From the human T2T-CHM13v2.0 reference genome, Homo sapiens, in the NCBI RefSeq assembly GCF_009914755.1, contig NC_060926.1: a stretch of DNA of 64,000 bases; one strand, 5' to 3'. Shown here piece by piece: positions 12,181 to 27,136 of this stretch. The notes beneath the pieces were generated by a model, which was not told the origin of the DNA, did no database searches, and worked only from the letters and a program-made list of their open reading frames with translations. The translations under genes were made by a program, and so were the position numbers. Position 1 is the stretch's first letter. The number at the start of each line of letters is the position of its first letter.

Positions 12181-14679
12181 TTTGGTCGCAGCATCACACA
12201 GACCTTTCTCCATTGCAGCCTCTCCCATTTTCTCTCTGCTGGACATTAGTTAGACAAGTGACTTCACATCTCCAACTCTCACCTTCTTTCCTCTGACCTG
12301 GAGCTCTTGTATGGATCGGGCATGAAACTGCCTGTACAGTGTCTGACTCAGATGAGTGTTCAACAAATACTAGCTTCAACAAACTTACTCAGAATAGTCA
12401 CAGAAAATGCCAGTGAAGGAGTTGCTGCATGGGGCAATGGTGGTAGAGAGGCACCCCAGCATGAGAGATGGCCTCGTGCTCTGCAGGGGCACACAGGAGC
12501 CCAGACTTGAAGCTCTTGTTAATAAAGTCTGTCTCCTCCACCAACCTATAAGCCACCAAACTGTCATTTCAAACCTGTTTGAATTTCCTTTTGCTTCTAG
12601 CATAAAATCTGACACAGGGGAGCCTGAATGTCCTGGACAGAGACCTCCAAATGCAGAGAATCATCTTGGAACCAGTAGCTGGATAGCTGCCCCCTAGGAA
12701 ACACCAGCCACGGGCCCCATCCTCTGCTCAATGCAGCCTGTCATGGTGAACAGGATAGACACCACCATTGCCTTTGTAGAGGGTCCTGTTTAACACGGGA
12801 AGCAAATGCCTGGAATGTTCCCCCATGTGAGCACCCATAGTTTGAAGGAAGACAGTGCAGTGCCCATGTGGCCCCAGGCCACCAGCCCAGAGAGGGTTTT
12901 CCTGACTACATCAAGCTTAGGCTAAAGCCTGATCAAAGAAACAAATCTGTATCAGCTGCCTCTGTTCCCTGTGAGGTCATGTTGCCAAGACACTCTGGGG
13001 CCAAATGTAGCTTTGCAGTGAGAAAAAAGTAGGGAAATGCTGCTGAAGGCTGCAGGAGCTGTGACAGCCTGTGGAGGAGGCTGTGGGAAGAGTAGACTGT
13101 GCTGGAGGCCAGGCTGGCAGCCATGTGCCAGTGCAGGGGAAGTGCAGGGCTGGAGGAGGCAGCCAGGCTGGGGAGGGCACCGCACTCTGGCTGGGGGTTA
13201 CAGGCCTTGGGCCTGGACCACCTCAATGGGAATGGAAAAGTAGGTGAGATAAACATGTTTTGGAGAGCATCTATGGATCTTGCTAGGTGTATCCTTGCTT
13301 CCTTCTCCTGGGGGATCTTGGAAGGCAAAATGAAGATGAACATCATCACATAGTTCACCCAGCTTCTCATCTGTGGATTTGCACAGCATCCTGTGTGTGC
13401 CGTCAACAGCTCTGATCCCACTATCCTCTGGTTGTTTCCCTGTCTTAGTCCTGGTCACAATGAGACGCCCCAGTGGAGAAAGGATGTTTCCATCTCTGTA
13501 CCACAGAGCCCACAGAACCAGTGGCCAGTAGGCAGCAGTCAGCAGAAGCAGCAACAGCAGGTGGCATTCAGGCTGTGCTTAAAGATTGACACCTGCGCAG
13601 ATGATGAAGCACCTTCTTCAGTGAATGTGGAGACAACCCATCCCTCTGATTCACAGCAGAGTGTCCTATCTATCCATTATCAATGCTGCATTATTAGTAT
13701 CATAATCGAGAAGCTTTATTGAGCAAAGTCCTGTTCAGCTTTGGTGAGAGCACTGGAGTGTCTTGGTGGGTCCAGGAAGAGCAGATGCCTGAGAGGAGAT
13801 TCCAAGGAGATGAAGCACCAGATCCTTCCTTGGGGTACAAGACAGCTGGAGAAGGGGAAGGCCCAGCTCCAGATCCCACCACTCCTCTCATAGGGCCAGC
13901 CAGGGAACGGCAGCCCTCCACGCGTCAGTTCTGTCATCTTTGAAATGGACATGATAGTGTCTACTCTGCCCAATTCATATAGCACTGTGGTGAAGCCCAG
14001 ATGAGATAAGGGTACAACTGCTTCTCAGTGCCATATAATGCAATGACTCACTAGTTAAAGTATTGCCCAGCCCCAGAGCACAGACCAAATACTCCTGTGT
14101 TGAATTGTGCAGCCTGTGCAGACTGATAGAGCAGGATTAAGAAGTACCAAATAGCTTCCTAGAAAAGGCAAACTTTGAGCAGTGTGGAAGAAGGAAATGT
14201 ATGAGTTTGTAGAAATGAAATGAAATCTTTTTGGTCAAGGTCAGCAGCTAGGGCCTGCCTTTCACTGTGTGTCCACCTATGTATATTAACTCACTTAATC
14301 ACCTCTACAGTTCACAAGGTTGGCATGCTTATCCGCACATAAGAAGTGGGAACTTTACATAGGCATTTCCAGATGGCTGCTTGGGCTTCCTCACAGCATG
14401 GTGGCCAGGTTCCAAGAAGGGGCATTCCAAGAAAACAAACTCAGTCTGCAAAAGCTTATTAAACCTCCACTTACACCACACTTGCTGGCGTCCCATTTGT
14501 TGAAGCTGGTCACATGGCCAAGTCTGGAGACAGTGTAGGAGGGGGCTACATATGATCAAGAATGCCAGGAGCTATTGTACTTTTGGGCTACTTGAGTAAG
14601 TGTATCACAAAGAGTGGCCAAATGCAACACACTAATCAATATCAGTTGCATTAGCATTTTATTGATTAAAAAAATTGTT

Positions 14680-14996
14680 AAATCCCATCTTGAATTTCCG
14701 TGTGTTGTAGGAGGGACCCAGTGGGAGATAATTGAATCACGGGGGCAGGTCTTTCCCATGCTTTTCTCTTGATAGTGAATAAATCTCATGAGATCTGATG
14801 GTTTTCAAAAGGGGAGTTTCCCTGCACAAGCTCTCTTCTCTTGTCTGCCACCATGTGAGATGTGTTGTTAACATTCCACCATGATTGTGAGACCTCCCCA
14901 GCCACGTGGAACTGTGAGTCCATTAAGTCTCTTTCTTTTGTAAATTGCCCAGTCTCAGGTATGTCTTTATCAGCAGTATGAAAATGGACTAATACA
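14680..14996 (+). mobile_element. THE1 (THE1B-like) MaLR LTR, 5' end missing
   Basis: gggagataattgaatcacgggggcaggtctttcccatgc...gagatctgatggtttt...cccagtctcaggtatgtctttatcagcagtatgaaaatggactaataca. Confidence 0.92.
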
Positions 14997-15800
14997 ACCA
15001 GGTACTCAGCATTTAGATCAAGAAACAAAGCATTACCAACACCCCAGAAGCCCCACCTAGACCCTTTTTCAGGCACTCCCTACTTCTCCCCAACCCAGAA
15101 GACCCACTGCCCTGACTGCTAATAACATTCATTAATTTTTAAAGATATTTTAAAACTTTGTAGTGCTGGAATGAATGGCTTCTATTGATGGTTTCTTTTG
15201 GCCAACATTATGTTTGTGAGTTTCTCCATACTACTGTGTATAATGTTCATTTTCATTGCTGTGTGATAATCAATTGCATGATGCTAACATATTTCATTTA
15301 TCTACTCTTCTATTCATGGGCTTTTGTCAAGCTTCCAATTTAGGACTATTACAAATAGTGTCACAATGAACATTCCTCTTGGTGAACATATCCATGTATT
15401 ACTGTTGGTATACACCCAGGAGCAGAATTGCTGAATCATAAGGCACACATGTGTTTTTGGTGGATACAGCCAAACAATTTTCCAAAGTGATTGTGTGAGT
15501 TTATCCTTCTGTTAGTAGTGTATGAACGTTTTTGTAGCTCCAAACCCCTTCCACTCTTTTCATTGTAGCCATTTTGATGGGTATGTAGGAGCACTGCATT
15601 TTGGTTTTAACGAGAATTTCCAAAATAACTAATGAAATTGAGCATCTTTATATAAGTTTATTGGACATTTGGATTTCCTCTTTTGCTTAATGACTTTTCA
15701 AATATTTTGCCCATTTTGAAATCTGATTATTTTGTCTTTATTTTGTATGGATTCTGTATATATTCTGGATGAAATTTTTGTTGTGCCTGTGTGATTCATT
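14997..15800 (-). mobile_element. Old L1 (L1ME/L1MD-like) fragment
   Basis: Antisense L1 strings: ggtatacacccaggagcagaattgctgaatcata, tttccaaagtgattgt, ttgtagccattttgatgggtatgtag. Confidence 0.75.
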
Positions 15801-16099
15801 GTACTCCATGGAAAGTTGGTTAGGGCAGTGGCTGATACAGACCAAGTAGCTGAAAGCGGGAAATAGAAGAGGAACAACTGAAAGTATCTGATACACCTGG
15901 CTACTGCCATCTCTCACCTGGGTGATTTCAAGGGCTTCCCAATGCCCAATGCAGCACCTAATCTTAATAGACACCCAAAGTATTTGCTGAGTGATCTTAC
16001 TGTTTCTTCCTTTAAAAATCTTGCTAATGATTTTATTTTCTACAAAGGTAACCTTTCTTCTCTAATGTCATCTATCACTTGAGACAGTAGAAAGATAAT

Positions 16100-16330
16100 T
16101 AGACCATGGTTTGATATGGGGATGGAGTAAAAAGATGGGATTTGAATCCTGTTCTGCTTCTCACTTGTTTGGTGACCTTGGATATCTCTGAAACATGATA
16201 ATCTCATCCATAAAATAGGGATCATAATAGTCCTATCAAATAAGGTATTGTGAGTATTAAATGAGTAACTCTACGCTGGGCCACTTAATAGAATATCAGG
16301 TACAAGGAAGCCCTCAGTGAAGGTTAGCTG
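16100..16330 (+). mobile_element. MIR SINE
   Basis: gggatttgaatcctgttctgc...gtgaccttgg...ctcatccataaaatagggatcataatagt...ttgtgagtattaaatgag core. Confidence 0.75.
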
Positions 16331-19300
16331 TCATCATCATCATCATCCTTGTCATCGTTGCCATTGTTGTTATCTTATGATTATTAGGTCCCTGCTTTGC
16401 TAATCTTCAATTATGTAGCATGGCTTCTTCATCTAGATAACAGAAGTAAGAATGATCTCTTCCTAGGATGCTTGGAAGAGTGGGATGAAACAAATTTGTG
16501 AAAAAGCTTGATCAACATTGGTCCCATCTACAAAGACTGGGTCACTATTACTCTGATGGTCCTCATAAGTCTCAGGCTCTCTGACATTTAAAACAGATTT
16601 TGTAAATGGAGAGAAGTCAAGAGTGATTTAGATAGAGGAGGGGATGGCGAGTCCTCTAAATAGAGATAGAGACTTACAAATATGTATCCCCAGAGCATTG
16701 CTTCACTAGATCCCCAGGACAACTCTCCATGGGAGATTTATTAACCCCTTGTGCAAATGAGGAGAAGAAAGCTCAAAGAGATCAAGGAACACACCCAAGA
16801 TCACAGGACTAGTAAATCACAGATTCCAGGTCTGTGTGTGTCCCAGCCCCCACTCCTTCCCCAGCCTAGCTCTCCACTTTCAACCTGAGGAATGCTCTAA
16901 ATCTCTAGATTCATACAGTAACTTTTGCACAGTTTAAAAACCAGAAATTAATTCCGCGCCCATGGGAATGCTCTCAGAGCGGAGATAATTCTGCAACATA
17001 TCCTTGTGTATATTTTCAGTGCATTCCGATTTCCACCTGGTTTGGAGCTATAAGTCAATCTTTTAGCCACTAAGCTAAATTCCCAGGGTGCTCTTAAGAT
17101 ACAGAAATTCCAGCAGTAAATAGCAAAGCTGTTAGACAAGATTAAACTTGCCAAAGTGATTTGAGCCGCACTGAGAAAAATGGACCCCCTTGAAATGATA
17201 TGCTATCAGCCAACAGTAACATAACCCTGGAAACAAACCTTTTAGTTTATAGTTCAACAAGCAGCACACATGGTTAGGAAGGGGACTTGGCTGAAGTCTA
17301 GCATCCACAGAGGGTGCAGAGGGTGTGGAAAATGTGAGCTGTACGTCATTTACGTTTCTCTCTTTTCCTGATTAAATGATCATGTGGGGAATTCCTTGAT
17401 TTTGACATTTGAAATCTACAGAGCCTGTCTGGGAGGTGAGTAATGATAGTATAACTAAAGATTGTGATCAGAGAGGGGGTCAGAGTGTGATAAAGGGGGA
17501 ATGATATGGAGACAGATGAAGGATGCAGGTGGGGGAAGATCGCAGGCACTGGGAGGCAGTTCCATCTCCATTTCACTCCATTGCTCTTACAACAACTTAA
17601 AAATGGAAAACAAATGCTATGGAGACTTCATTTTTCTAAGAAATTGATTCAGTTAAAAAAAAAAAAAAAAAAACCCAAGGTGTGCTTACCCAGGTCAGTA
17701 TTTTCCCTGTTGAGACCGAAGCAACTGAGGGTTGTACAACACACTCAACTGCTTCTTGAGGCCACCGTAGTTTCCATGGGCAAAAGCAAACAGTCCTGAG
17801 CAAATCCCACATGACCTGTTCCATTCTTGACTCTTCTATTTACCTTTGTTTTTGAAGAAGCCCAGACACTAAGGCGACATTCTCATAAGTATGTCACTTT
17901 AGCTGAGGAGGAATAAACTTCAGTGCTACAGCCAGGTGCCTGATTCAATCACAAAATTATTCAGACACCTGGGGCAATGCCCAGCTGGCAGGGCTACCTG
18001 TTTGTTTTTCTTTTCAGCTTGTATTTTGTATTGTTGCCAGCCTTGTGTTTTAGAAGCATTGAGGGCACTTAGCATTTATTTAGTCTTGGTTCCCACAGTC
18101 TTCCACCAGAAGCCCACCCCACGTGTAGGCGCGGGCGTTCAGGCGGGCTGCTGCTTGCTGGGAACCACGTTTCTCAGCCTGACTTGTTCTCTCTCTTCCT
18201 CTCCTAGAGGTTCAAAAGTCCATTTTCAGTATTTCCCATAGAAAAGTGCTCCTAATATCTGAAAGTATGCTATTTTAGGATGCAAGTAGATCTTTGTCCT
18301 TCCTGCTTGGTGGAGATGAATTGGGGCACTGTTCCTGAGCCAGTGGCCTCTGTGAACACTGGAACACTGCCTGGGTGTCCACCCTCATGTGGAGAAGCCA
18401 TGGGGACAGCTGCAGAAGAGAGTACCCACCTGGGCAGGTGAGGTGACCAACGCTGGACAACATGCTTCCCCGTCCACTTGACTTCTTTGCATCTTGCACT
18501 GAGACACAGCCCTCCAAGGGAAGCAGCAGCAGTGAACTGCTTTGTGGCACGATGGCCTTCCATGGAGTCTGAGGAATTCTTCTGGAAGATAAGGGGCTGG
18601 AATTCCAATTCCCATTGGCACTACCCCATGCAGGTCTAATACCACTCATTGGGCGATAGTTCTTTGTATTTCAGTCTGACAATACCGTATACAATAGGCT
18701 GCTCGGGCTGCCATTCATCCGCCCTTGAAGGGGGAAATTCCTTGAGGTGCTTCAAAGGGAGTTTACACTGATAAATGAGCATTTCAGGAGGTGTGGGAAG
18801 AACGCCTGGTCCACGGGCGCCATTGTCAGCATTAGGTGAGTAAGGAGAGCGAAGGTGACATCTGCGGCAAAGTGTCCCAGCAACACACGGCAGGCAGGGA
18901 CTGTTTTCCTCACCTGCCTTGGCATTGGCTGCAAAACTGAGGGACCCTAAACAGGTACAATTCCTGAGACTGTAAAGAGGGTCAGTGACCCGGTGACTGC
19001 CCTTACCCCTCCCACCCCGAGTCCAGGAAGACTGTGTCTCTCCAAATGCCCAGGTCAGCGTCTCCTCCTCTTGAAGGGTCTGGAGGATCCTGGGAGGGCA
19101 GGATGGGGGGTGTGGTCTTATCAGCCCAGGAGCCTGGGCGCAGCTTTGAGGTCAACTTGTTGTGAGTCCTTGAGCCAGTCACATAACACCCTGGGCTGTA
19201 GGTTTGTCATCAGAAGAAGTGTGATGTCTTAGGGCCTTGCTGGTGTGACATTCTAGGATCCTAGGCGTTTGCTGTGTGTCAAATGCATGCATCACAACAG

Positions 19301-20879
19301 GACAAATGTAGGACCAACCCTTCTGCAAGGAGGCACTTAACACTCCATTTCAGGTGAGCTCTAAAGGGAATTTCATTCCTAAAACCTTAGAAGCAAACAT
19401 GTCTGTATTTCTGTTTGTTAAGTGCATTCTAAACCAATGGGCTGGCCAATGGGCATAAGAAGGCCATGATATCTCCCAACATTCTAGACACAAGAGAAGG
19501 TTTTGGAACCAAGTGGGCAGCTGGACCTTAGAGCCAGTGGCCCTTTGGAAGGATGCCAGCCTTCCTAGTTCCAAGGAAACCCATGTAACAGACTGCTGTT
19601 TGCAGGTACACATGTTAGAGATGAACACAGTGATCAGCCTAGGACTTTGGGTGTCTGGATCTCAAACCAGATTCTTGCTTGCCGAGTGTTTATCAGAGCG
19701 TGTCAATAACAATTTGAAATGAATGATTTTCTCCCACTGTCACATTCAATATTTACCTTTGGAGAAAAGCAGGGTCAGTTCTCTCCAAAAGGAAGCTTAG
19801 TTAGTACAATTGGGTATTTTACGGAAAGACGTCCTTAAACTGCACCCCTTAGAAAATGGTAAGGGACTTTAATAGGGAAATGCCACCTTACCCAGTGTGG
19901 CAAGAAAGCACTTGCCACAATCATTTCAGTCATCAGTTCTAAGTGACTTCAGCATTTCCTCATGGCAAGAACAGCGGGCTTGTTGCACAACTGCACTTTT
20001 CCTCACCTCTCTTTGGGTTCCTGTTGATCTTTTTTTTTTTATTTTGTATTTTGGAGACGAGACAGTCTGTTCCAAGTTCTGAGTTGGGGACGGTAGCAAT
20101 TCTCCATGACCAAAACACTCTGCAGCTGCGTCCTTTGGAGCAGGGAACACGAGCTGCTTTGTTGACCCCTCTTCACCCCAGAGGCGTGTCTTCCAGGTTC
20201 AGTCCAGGATGCAGCCTGCCAGTCATTGGTCAGGTCACAAATATGTGCAGCACACAGCAAGGTCCTCCCTGTGACCGGCCGGTGTGGCTGTGTGCTGTGT
20301 GTCACCCCAGCGCCCTGGACCTCAGTCTGCAGAGAAGCAGCTGTGACAAGCACAGAAAGGCAGGCACTGGTGCCTCCTGTCGAAGCCCCCAATGCACCAG
20401 CAGCCCTCGTGTTAATTTAAGAAGTTGACTGAACAATCTGGCACAGTCGCTGGAAACTGAAGAAGGTGGGAAGAGGCTAAGCAAAACCCTTGCTTAATTA
20501 AAAGCATATCTGCAAAAGGTCAGGCCTGGCAGGAGGATGACAAAGGCAGTCAGAATTTTAAAATCAAGTCATTCTCTCTTGCGAGATTTCTTCCAGACCC
20601 TGATGGATTAGGGATGCTGAGTTTTCTCTTCCAACAGAGCCTGCACAGCTGAGTCGGGGTGAGCCAAGTGTTAGTTCCTTCGCTGTTTTCAGAGAAGTAG
20701 GACTTCTTCCCCTAAGGTGACCCCACTCCAACCCCAGGGCAAGAAGGAGGTGACTCTTAGTAAGTGCCAGCCCTCGTTCCCTCTGGAAACCTGGGGTAGA
20801 TGTGGAAAGCACGTGGTGAGCTCTGTGGGGGCCATGCGACTTTAGGATGCTGTGCCTTGGTTCAAGTGGCTTCTTTAAG

Positions 20880-21405
<526 letters not shown>

Positions 21406-21754
21406 GAAAAGAACTCTAATTCCAGAAGACCTAACCAGCGCCAATGGGGAAATGGCAAGAGGGTAGATCCACAATAAGCAGAGCTTTCCCGCAGCCAGCT
21501 TTCCCGTATTCAGATAGGAAGCAGCAGGCAGCGTGTCAGCCTCTTCCTCCCCTGACATGCTGGGAGAGGGCATAGAAGCCCATCTCCTGAGGACATTGAA
21601 GAGGGGTCCTAACATGCGGGCAGGGGAAGGGGACTAGGTTAACATCTGCCTATGAGTTCAAATTCTTTGATTCTAGATTATCACACAACAGTCTTCAGAA
21701 AATGTCTATTCCTCAGAAGTTAGAAAACAGTTGTTTTGTACAAAATATACAATT

Positions 21755-23072
21755 GTATATTTTGTGTATTGTATATTTGTATTTTGTTACTTATTTGTGA
21801 CATGTATTTATGAATGAGAATCCTTTTGTTAAAGCAAAAGCATTTGAACACTCTCTGCTGGTCTGAGAACTTCATATTTCTTCAGTAAATCATTATAATC
21901 TGAGCACACGGACAGCATCCTTGCTTCTGGCGCCAAGAAGTACAATCAACTGGTGGAGAGTGTTTCTTAAATGAAAGTGGTGTTTCCAGTTGGCAAAACA
22001 GATTATTTTTGCTATTAAAGAAATTGATTTCTTAACACATGTGATTAATTATGTCTGTAAAACAGAAAATCCATCAAAGACAAAATGTTTTTCCCTTCAG
22101 AAAACACTTACAAATTCTTACAATGTCATTGACTAAATATGACATTCTATTAATGGGCACCTTGTCTCCAAAGATACATCTGGGCTCATTCTCCACATTG
22201 TCTTCCCTAGGCTTTTGGGAGATTGATGACTGATGACAAAAACAGGGCAGCACTCGGTGACTTTCTGCTGGTTCTTGAGAATCCAAATGAAAGTCCTACC
22301 CTGAACCTGCTCTGCAAAGGGGACCCACATGAGGTAAATGACAAAAGATGATTCCGTTTCCACGGTGAAAGGGATCTTGCTAGACAGCCTGTTGGCTTTA
22401 CCTTCCAAACATATTCAGAGTCCCAGCCCTTTCCCCTCATTTCCTGCTAATTCCCCAGCCCAAGCAGGGCCATTGCATGCACAGCTCCAACATGTGTGCA
22501 ACGGTGCCCTTAGGATTGTAGGGTGCACAGTCAGCCTGGGGTGGCCTTGTGATACCCAGTGGTATGGTTTGGCTGTGTCCCTACCCAAATCTCATCTCGA
22601 GTTGTAGTTCCTATAATCCCCATGTGTCATGGGAGGGACCTGGTGGGAGGTAACTGAATCATGGGGGTGGTAGCTGCCATGCTCTTCTCATGATAGTGAG
22701 TAAGTTCTCAAGAGATCTGATGGTTTTATAAGGAGATTTTCTCCCACTTCACTCTGCCCTTCTCCTTGCTGACGCCATGTGAAGAAGGATGTTAGCTTCC
22801 CCTTCCACCATGATTTTAAGCTTCCTGAGGCCTCCCCGGCCCTGCAGAAATGTGAGTCAATTAAACCTCTTTCTTTTATAAATTACCCAGTCTTGGGTAT
22901 TTCTTCATAGCAGCATGAGAATGGACTAATAGACCCAGCATCTTCTACCTGGAGTATATTTTGTATTTTTCGTATGTTTTATTGCTTATTTGTCACATCC
23001 ATTTCGGAATGAAAATCCTTTTGTTAAAGCAAAAAAAAAATTGAACACTCTCTGCTGGTCTTAGAACTTCAT
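21755..23072 (+). repeat. Dispersed ~120 bp direct duplication (about 21755-21875 and 22954-23072)
   Basis: Shared cttatttgt.acat, aatccttttgttaaagcaaaa and ttgaacactctctgctggtct(t)(g/a)gaacttcat blocks. Confidence 0.9.
22560..22933 (+). mobile_element. THE1 (THE1C/D-like) solo LTR
   Basis: tggtatggtttggctgtgtccctacccaaatctcatc ... gagaatggactaataga; 5 bp TSD cccag (22555-22559 / 22934-22938). Confidence 0.93.
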
Positions 23073-23074
23073 TG

Positions 23075-23715
23075 TGGTTGCCTCCCGACCAGGCTACCTA
23101 AATCTACCTCCCTACCTTTCTGTTTATTCTAAACACAGCAGCCCGAGAGATCCTGTTAAAGCATGAATCAGATCATGGGACTCCATGGCTCCAGTTCCTC
23201 CAAGAGCTTCTCATCTCAACCAGGGAAAAACCCAAAGTCCCCCAGTGGCCTCAGCTTCTCCCTACCTCTCTGACCTCACACCCAACCCTCACCTCTGACT
23301 CACCCAGCTCAGGTGTGCTGGCTTTCTCTCTATTTCTAGAGCCTTGCCAGATGTAGCTGGTCCCTCTGTGGGGAATTCTCTCCCCAATGAGCATGTTGAT
23401 GGTGGGCTGTCTTGCCTTAAGTCTTCAATGCAATGTCACCTTCTCAGAGGAACTTTTTCCAACCACTGTTGTTAAAATTTCAGCTGCCCCTTTACATTCC
23501 ACATCCCTCTCCCCTGCTTTAGGTTTCCCATAACACTTACTACTGTTGACATACCACACACCTGACCTATCTGGCACTTTCTTCTCTGCCTCCCTCCCAA
23601 GAAAGTGACATTTCTGACGGCAGGAGTTATTGTCTGTTTTGTTCGGTAGCTCCACTGCCTAGCACTGTGCATTGCACATAGCAGGTCCTCAATGAATATT
23701 TTTAAATGAATAAAT
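23075..23715 (+). mobile_element. L2 LINE 3' end
   Basis: cacagcagcccgagagatcctgttaaagcatgaatcagatcat ... gcacatagcaggtcctcaatgaatattttttaaatgaat. Confidence 0.85.
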
Positions 23716-23885
23716 GGATAGACGAATGGATGAATTTATGGACAGATGGGGATGGATAATGGATAGATAAATGGTTGAATGGATGGATGGATGGATAGAT
23801 GGATGGATAAATGGATGGATGGGTGGATGGGTGGATAAATGGATGGGTGGATGGATGGGCAGATACATAAATAGATGGATGAATG
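23715..23885 (+). repeat. (GGAT)n microsatellite grown from the L2 tail
   Basis: Imperfect ggat/gaat/agat tetramers. Confidence 0.95.
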
Positions 23886-23949
23886 AGTGTGTATCATTCC
23901 TCTAACCCAGAGAAAGCACAGTTGGCTGCATAAGAAGTGCCTAAACTCG

Positions 23950-24065
23950 AGAGTACTGGGACCACCAGCGGAGATTCTGATTCAGTAGGTTTGGAACAGG
24001 GCCTAGGAATATCATTATAATAGGCTCCCCAGGGTTCATCATATACAGTGAAGTTTGAGTTCAAG
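23950..24065. mobile_element. MER5-like relic
   Basis: ggagattctgattcagtaggtttggaacagggcctaggaat. Confidence 0.65.
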
Positions 24066-24612
24066 GGATGACAGAGAGGTCCACAAAAGGTTGGCTTGAA
24101 CATCTGGCTGAATGATATGTTATGTACACATTAGACACTCAGGGAACATTCTCTGGGAAGGACGGGATTTAAGGAGAGGTGACAGTGGCCTTACTTTGTT
24201 TGAAGAGCATGTCGTCTGTCATATGTCTTCCTTCAAGCTTTCACAAACTGTTTACGCTATGACCCAAATTCCACCTGGAAAATGCATCAATAGAGCATGT
24301 ACTGTGGCCTCCTCCATCCTCAACAGCGGAGGTCATTCATCGCCTCACTTCTTTGCTGGGAAAGTGATGGGAACTTGCAGCAGCAGAGACTCCTCATAAC
24401 ACATCAGCCCACCTGTCACCTGCTGTCATAATCAAACGTCACCTTCAACCAGCACCTTGCATGCTCTGAGCTTGACGCACATTTTTGCACTGCCTTTTCA
24501 GGAGTCACTTCATCCAGTTCCCTGGCAGTTACTTTCAAGCTAGAAGACACTAGCTCCATGTTCCACAGTATTTCATGCATGCCTGTCTCCTAGCCTTGCC
24601 AATACAGTGTCA

Positions 24613-24912
<300 letters not shown>

Positions 24913-24990
24913 TATATACAAGCATTAATTTAACAAAGATGTGAAATGATAAGCAGTAGCAGAGGATAGCGAGAAGAGTGGAGGCACAGC

Positions 24991-25424
24991 TGTTTAATGG
25001 ATGCTGCCAGCACCCCACCAGCATCACCTAGGTACTCTCCATTCATACACATGCCCATGGCTTGTGACCTTCAAACCCCTGTGCCTGCTGCATGAAAGAG
25101 TTCAATGGCTGCAGGGCCAGGCATGGCTGACCAAGCTGGGGAGTTAATATCCCAGGGCTGCTCTCAACTATGATGGAAGGCAGCGAGTGGGTGAATACCC
25201 AGCTTCCTCTTCCCCCAGCAGAATGTAGCGGATGAGCCCGAATGCCCTCGGGGCGGGGGGTGGTGGGGACCTGCTTACAAGAACTCCCTGCCTTGGTTTC
25301 CCACCCTCCCCCACCCCTTTCCCGACTCACTTGCCATGGCTCTCTAGGATCACCTCTAAAATACATGACTTGCACTCACATCTTGGTTTGGGGGTCTGCT
25401 TCTGGGGGAGCCCAACCTAAGCCA
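24991..25424 (+). mobile_element. ERVL LTR (LTR16-like)
   Basis: gggagttaatatcccaggg...gggtgaatacccagcttcctc and terminus cttgcactcacatcttggtttgggggtctgcttctgggggagcccaacctaagcca. Confidence 0.75.
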
Positions 25425-26874
25425 GTCCCCAACTGGAATAAGCTAAGTCACTTGCACAGATGTGAGACACGTTAGAAGCTGCAATCGTCTCACATTGTCT
25501 CTGAGGCCTCTGAAAATGTACAGAATTAGTAAAAACCCTGCTATTGACTAAAGAAAGCCTCAGATCTGGCATGACGGCTAACCAGTTATAAAAATAGTTG
25601 AAAGTAATTGCACGCTTCCAACGACCACCTCCGCCCCCGACAGGGTAATGCTTCAATTCCCTGCTCTGTGCAGTGATTTCCTGTATCCTTATTTTCATCT
25701 TCTGACTCCTCTGCTGCTGTAGGAAAAGTTCCCTTGTGCAGCTCAGCGCCTTTTTCTGTTCAACCAGTTCCCAAGCATCACCCACTCGGGAGAGCTGTGC
25801 AGGAGAATCAGGCTCTGTGCGTCTACACAGGGAAGTGACCCCGGCTGAAAAAAAATATTAACAACTGAAATGTACACAAAATGGGGTACATTTTGAGTGT
25901 GTGGGCATGATTAGTTATTTAATCTGAGTTTTTCTATGAGAGCTACAGACACAAATGACCAATTATATAATGACCCTATCCTGCTTCAAACTGATTTCTT
26001 GGCTTGAGGTGGGGGAGGCTGGCCCTGTGCTTGCCATTCTTCCCCTCACGGCATGTGTCCTTCATGGGGTCACCACCTCTTCCCACGTCTGTGCTCCTCT
26101 CCAGAATGGCACCTCCCGAGAGCAGACGTAGTGTCTTGCTCACCTTCGTATTCTCCACAACCCAAGCAGTGTCCAGGGTCATTCAGGAGATGCTGGCTGA
26201 GTGAAAGCAGATGGGTGAATTCATGGCCTTTTGCTCATTTTCTCTCTGTCCTTTAGGTGTCAGAAGACATGCACTTCCAGGAAATTCTTTTTCCAAGAAC
26301 CTGCCTTTATAGGGATGCTTACATTTTAAAAGGATCATTCAGAGGAACATAAAAGTTTATACTTGCTTTTATTCAGTCTAAGAGTTGTCTTTTAACAGAA
26401 GAGTTTAAACATTTACTTTGCCATATTAACTGATTTGCTTGGTCTTAATTCTGTCATCTTAATTTATGATGTTTATTTATGTTTCCCTCATGCTTCCAAT
26501 GTATTTCCTTCCCTACCTTTTGCCATATTGCCAGGCAGTACTTGTTCTCTTTTTTCTTGATGATTTGTGCATTTTCTGTTTACTTCACTAACAACGGTAA
26601 TGCTTAAGTTTGATTTGCATATATATACATATATATATATAAATCAACATTTGTATAAACTGCATCCTTTAGCTTTCTTATGTAGGATGAGATGTTAACA
26701 TGTAGCCTGTTATTGGTCTTTTACCTTTCTCACGTAGGATGAAAGCATGTAGCATGTTATATTGTTTTTTTTTTTCTTTTGCTCTATCTCCCTTCCAAGC
26801 TGTTGGTAAAGTCAGTGAGAATTTAAAATGCAGATGATTATCGTTAAACTATTTTTACATTACAGATCATTTCT

Positions 26875-27136
<262 letters not shown>

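Noticed and set aside
14893-14905. PRDM9 hotspot 13-mer in the THE1 LTR
   Set aside because: Reads cctccccagccac, with C at position 7 instead of the T required by CCNCCNTNNCCNC.
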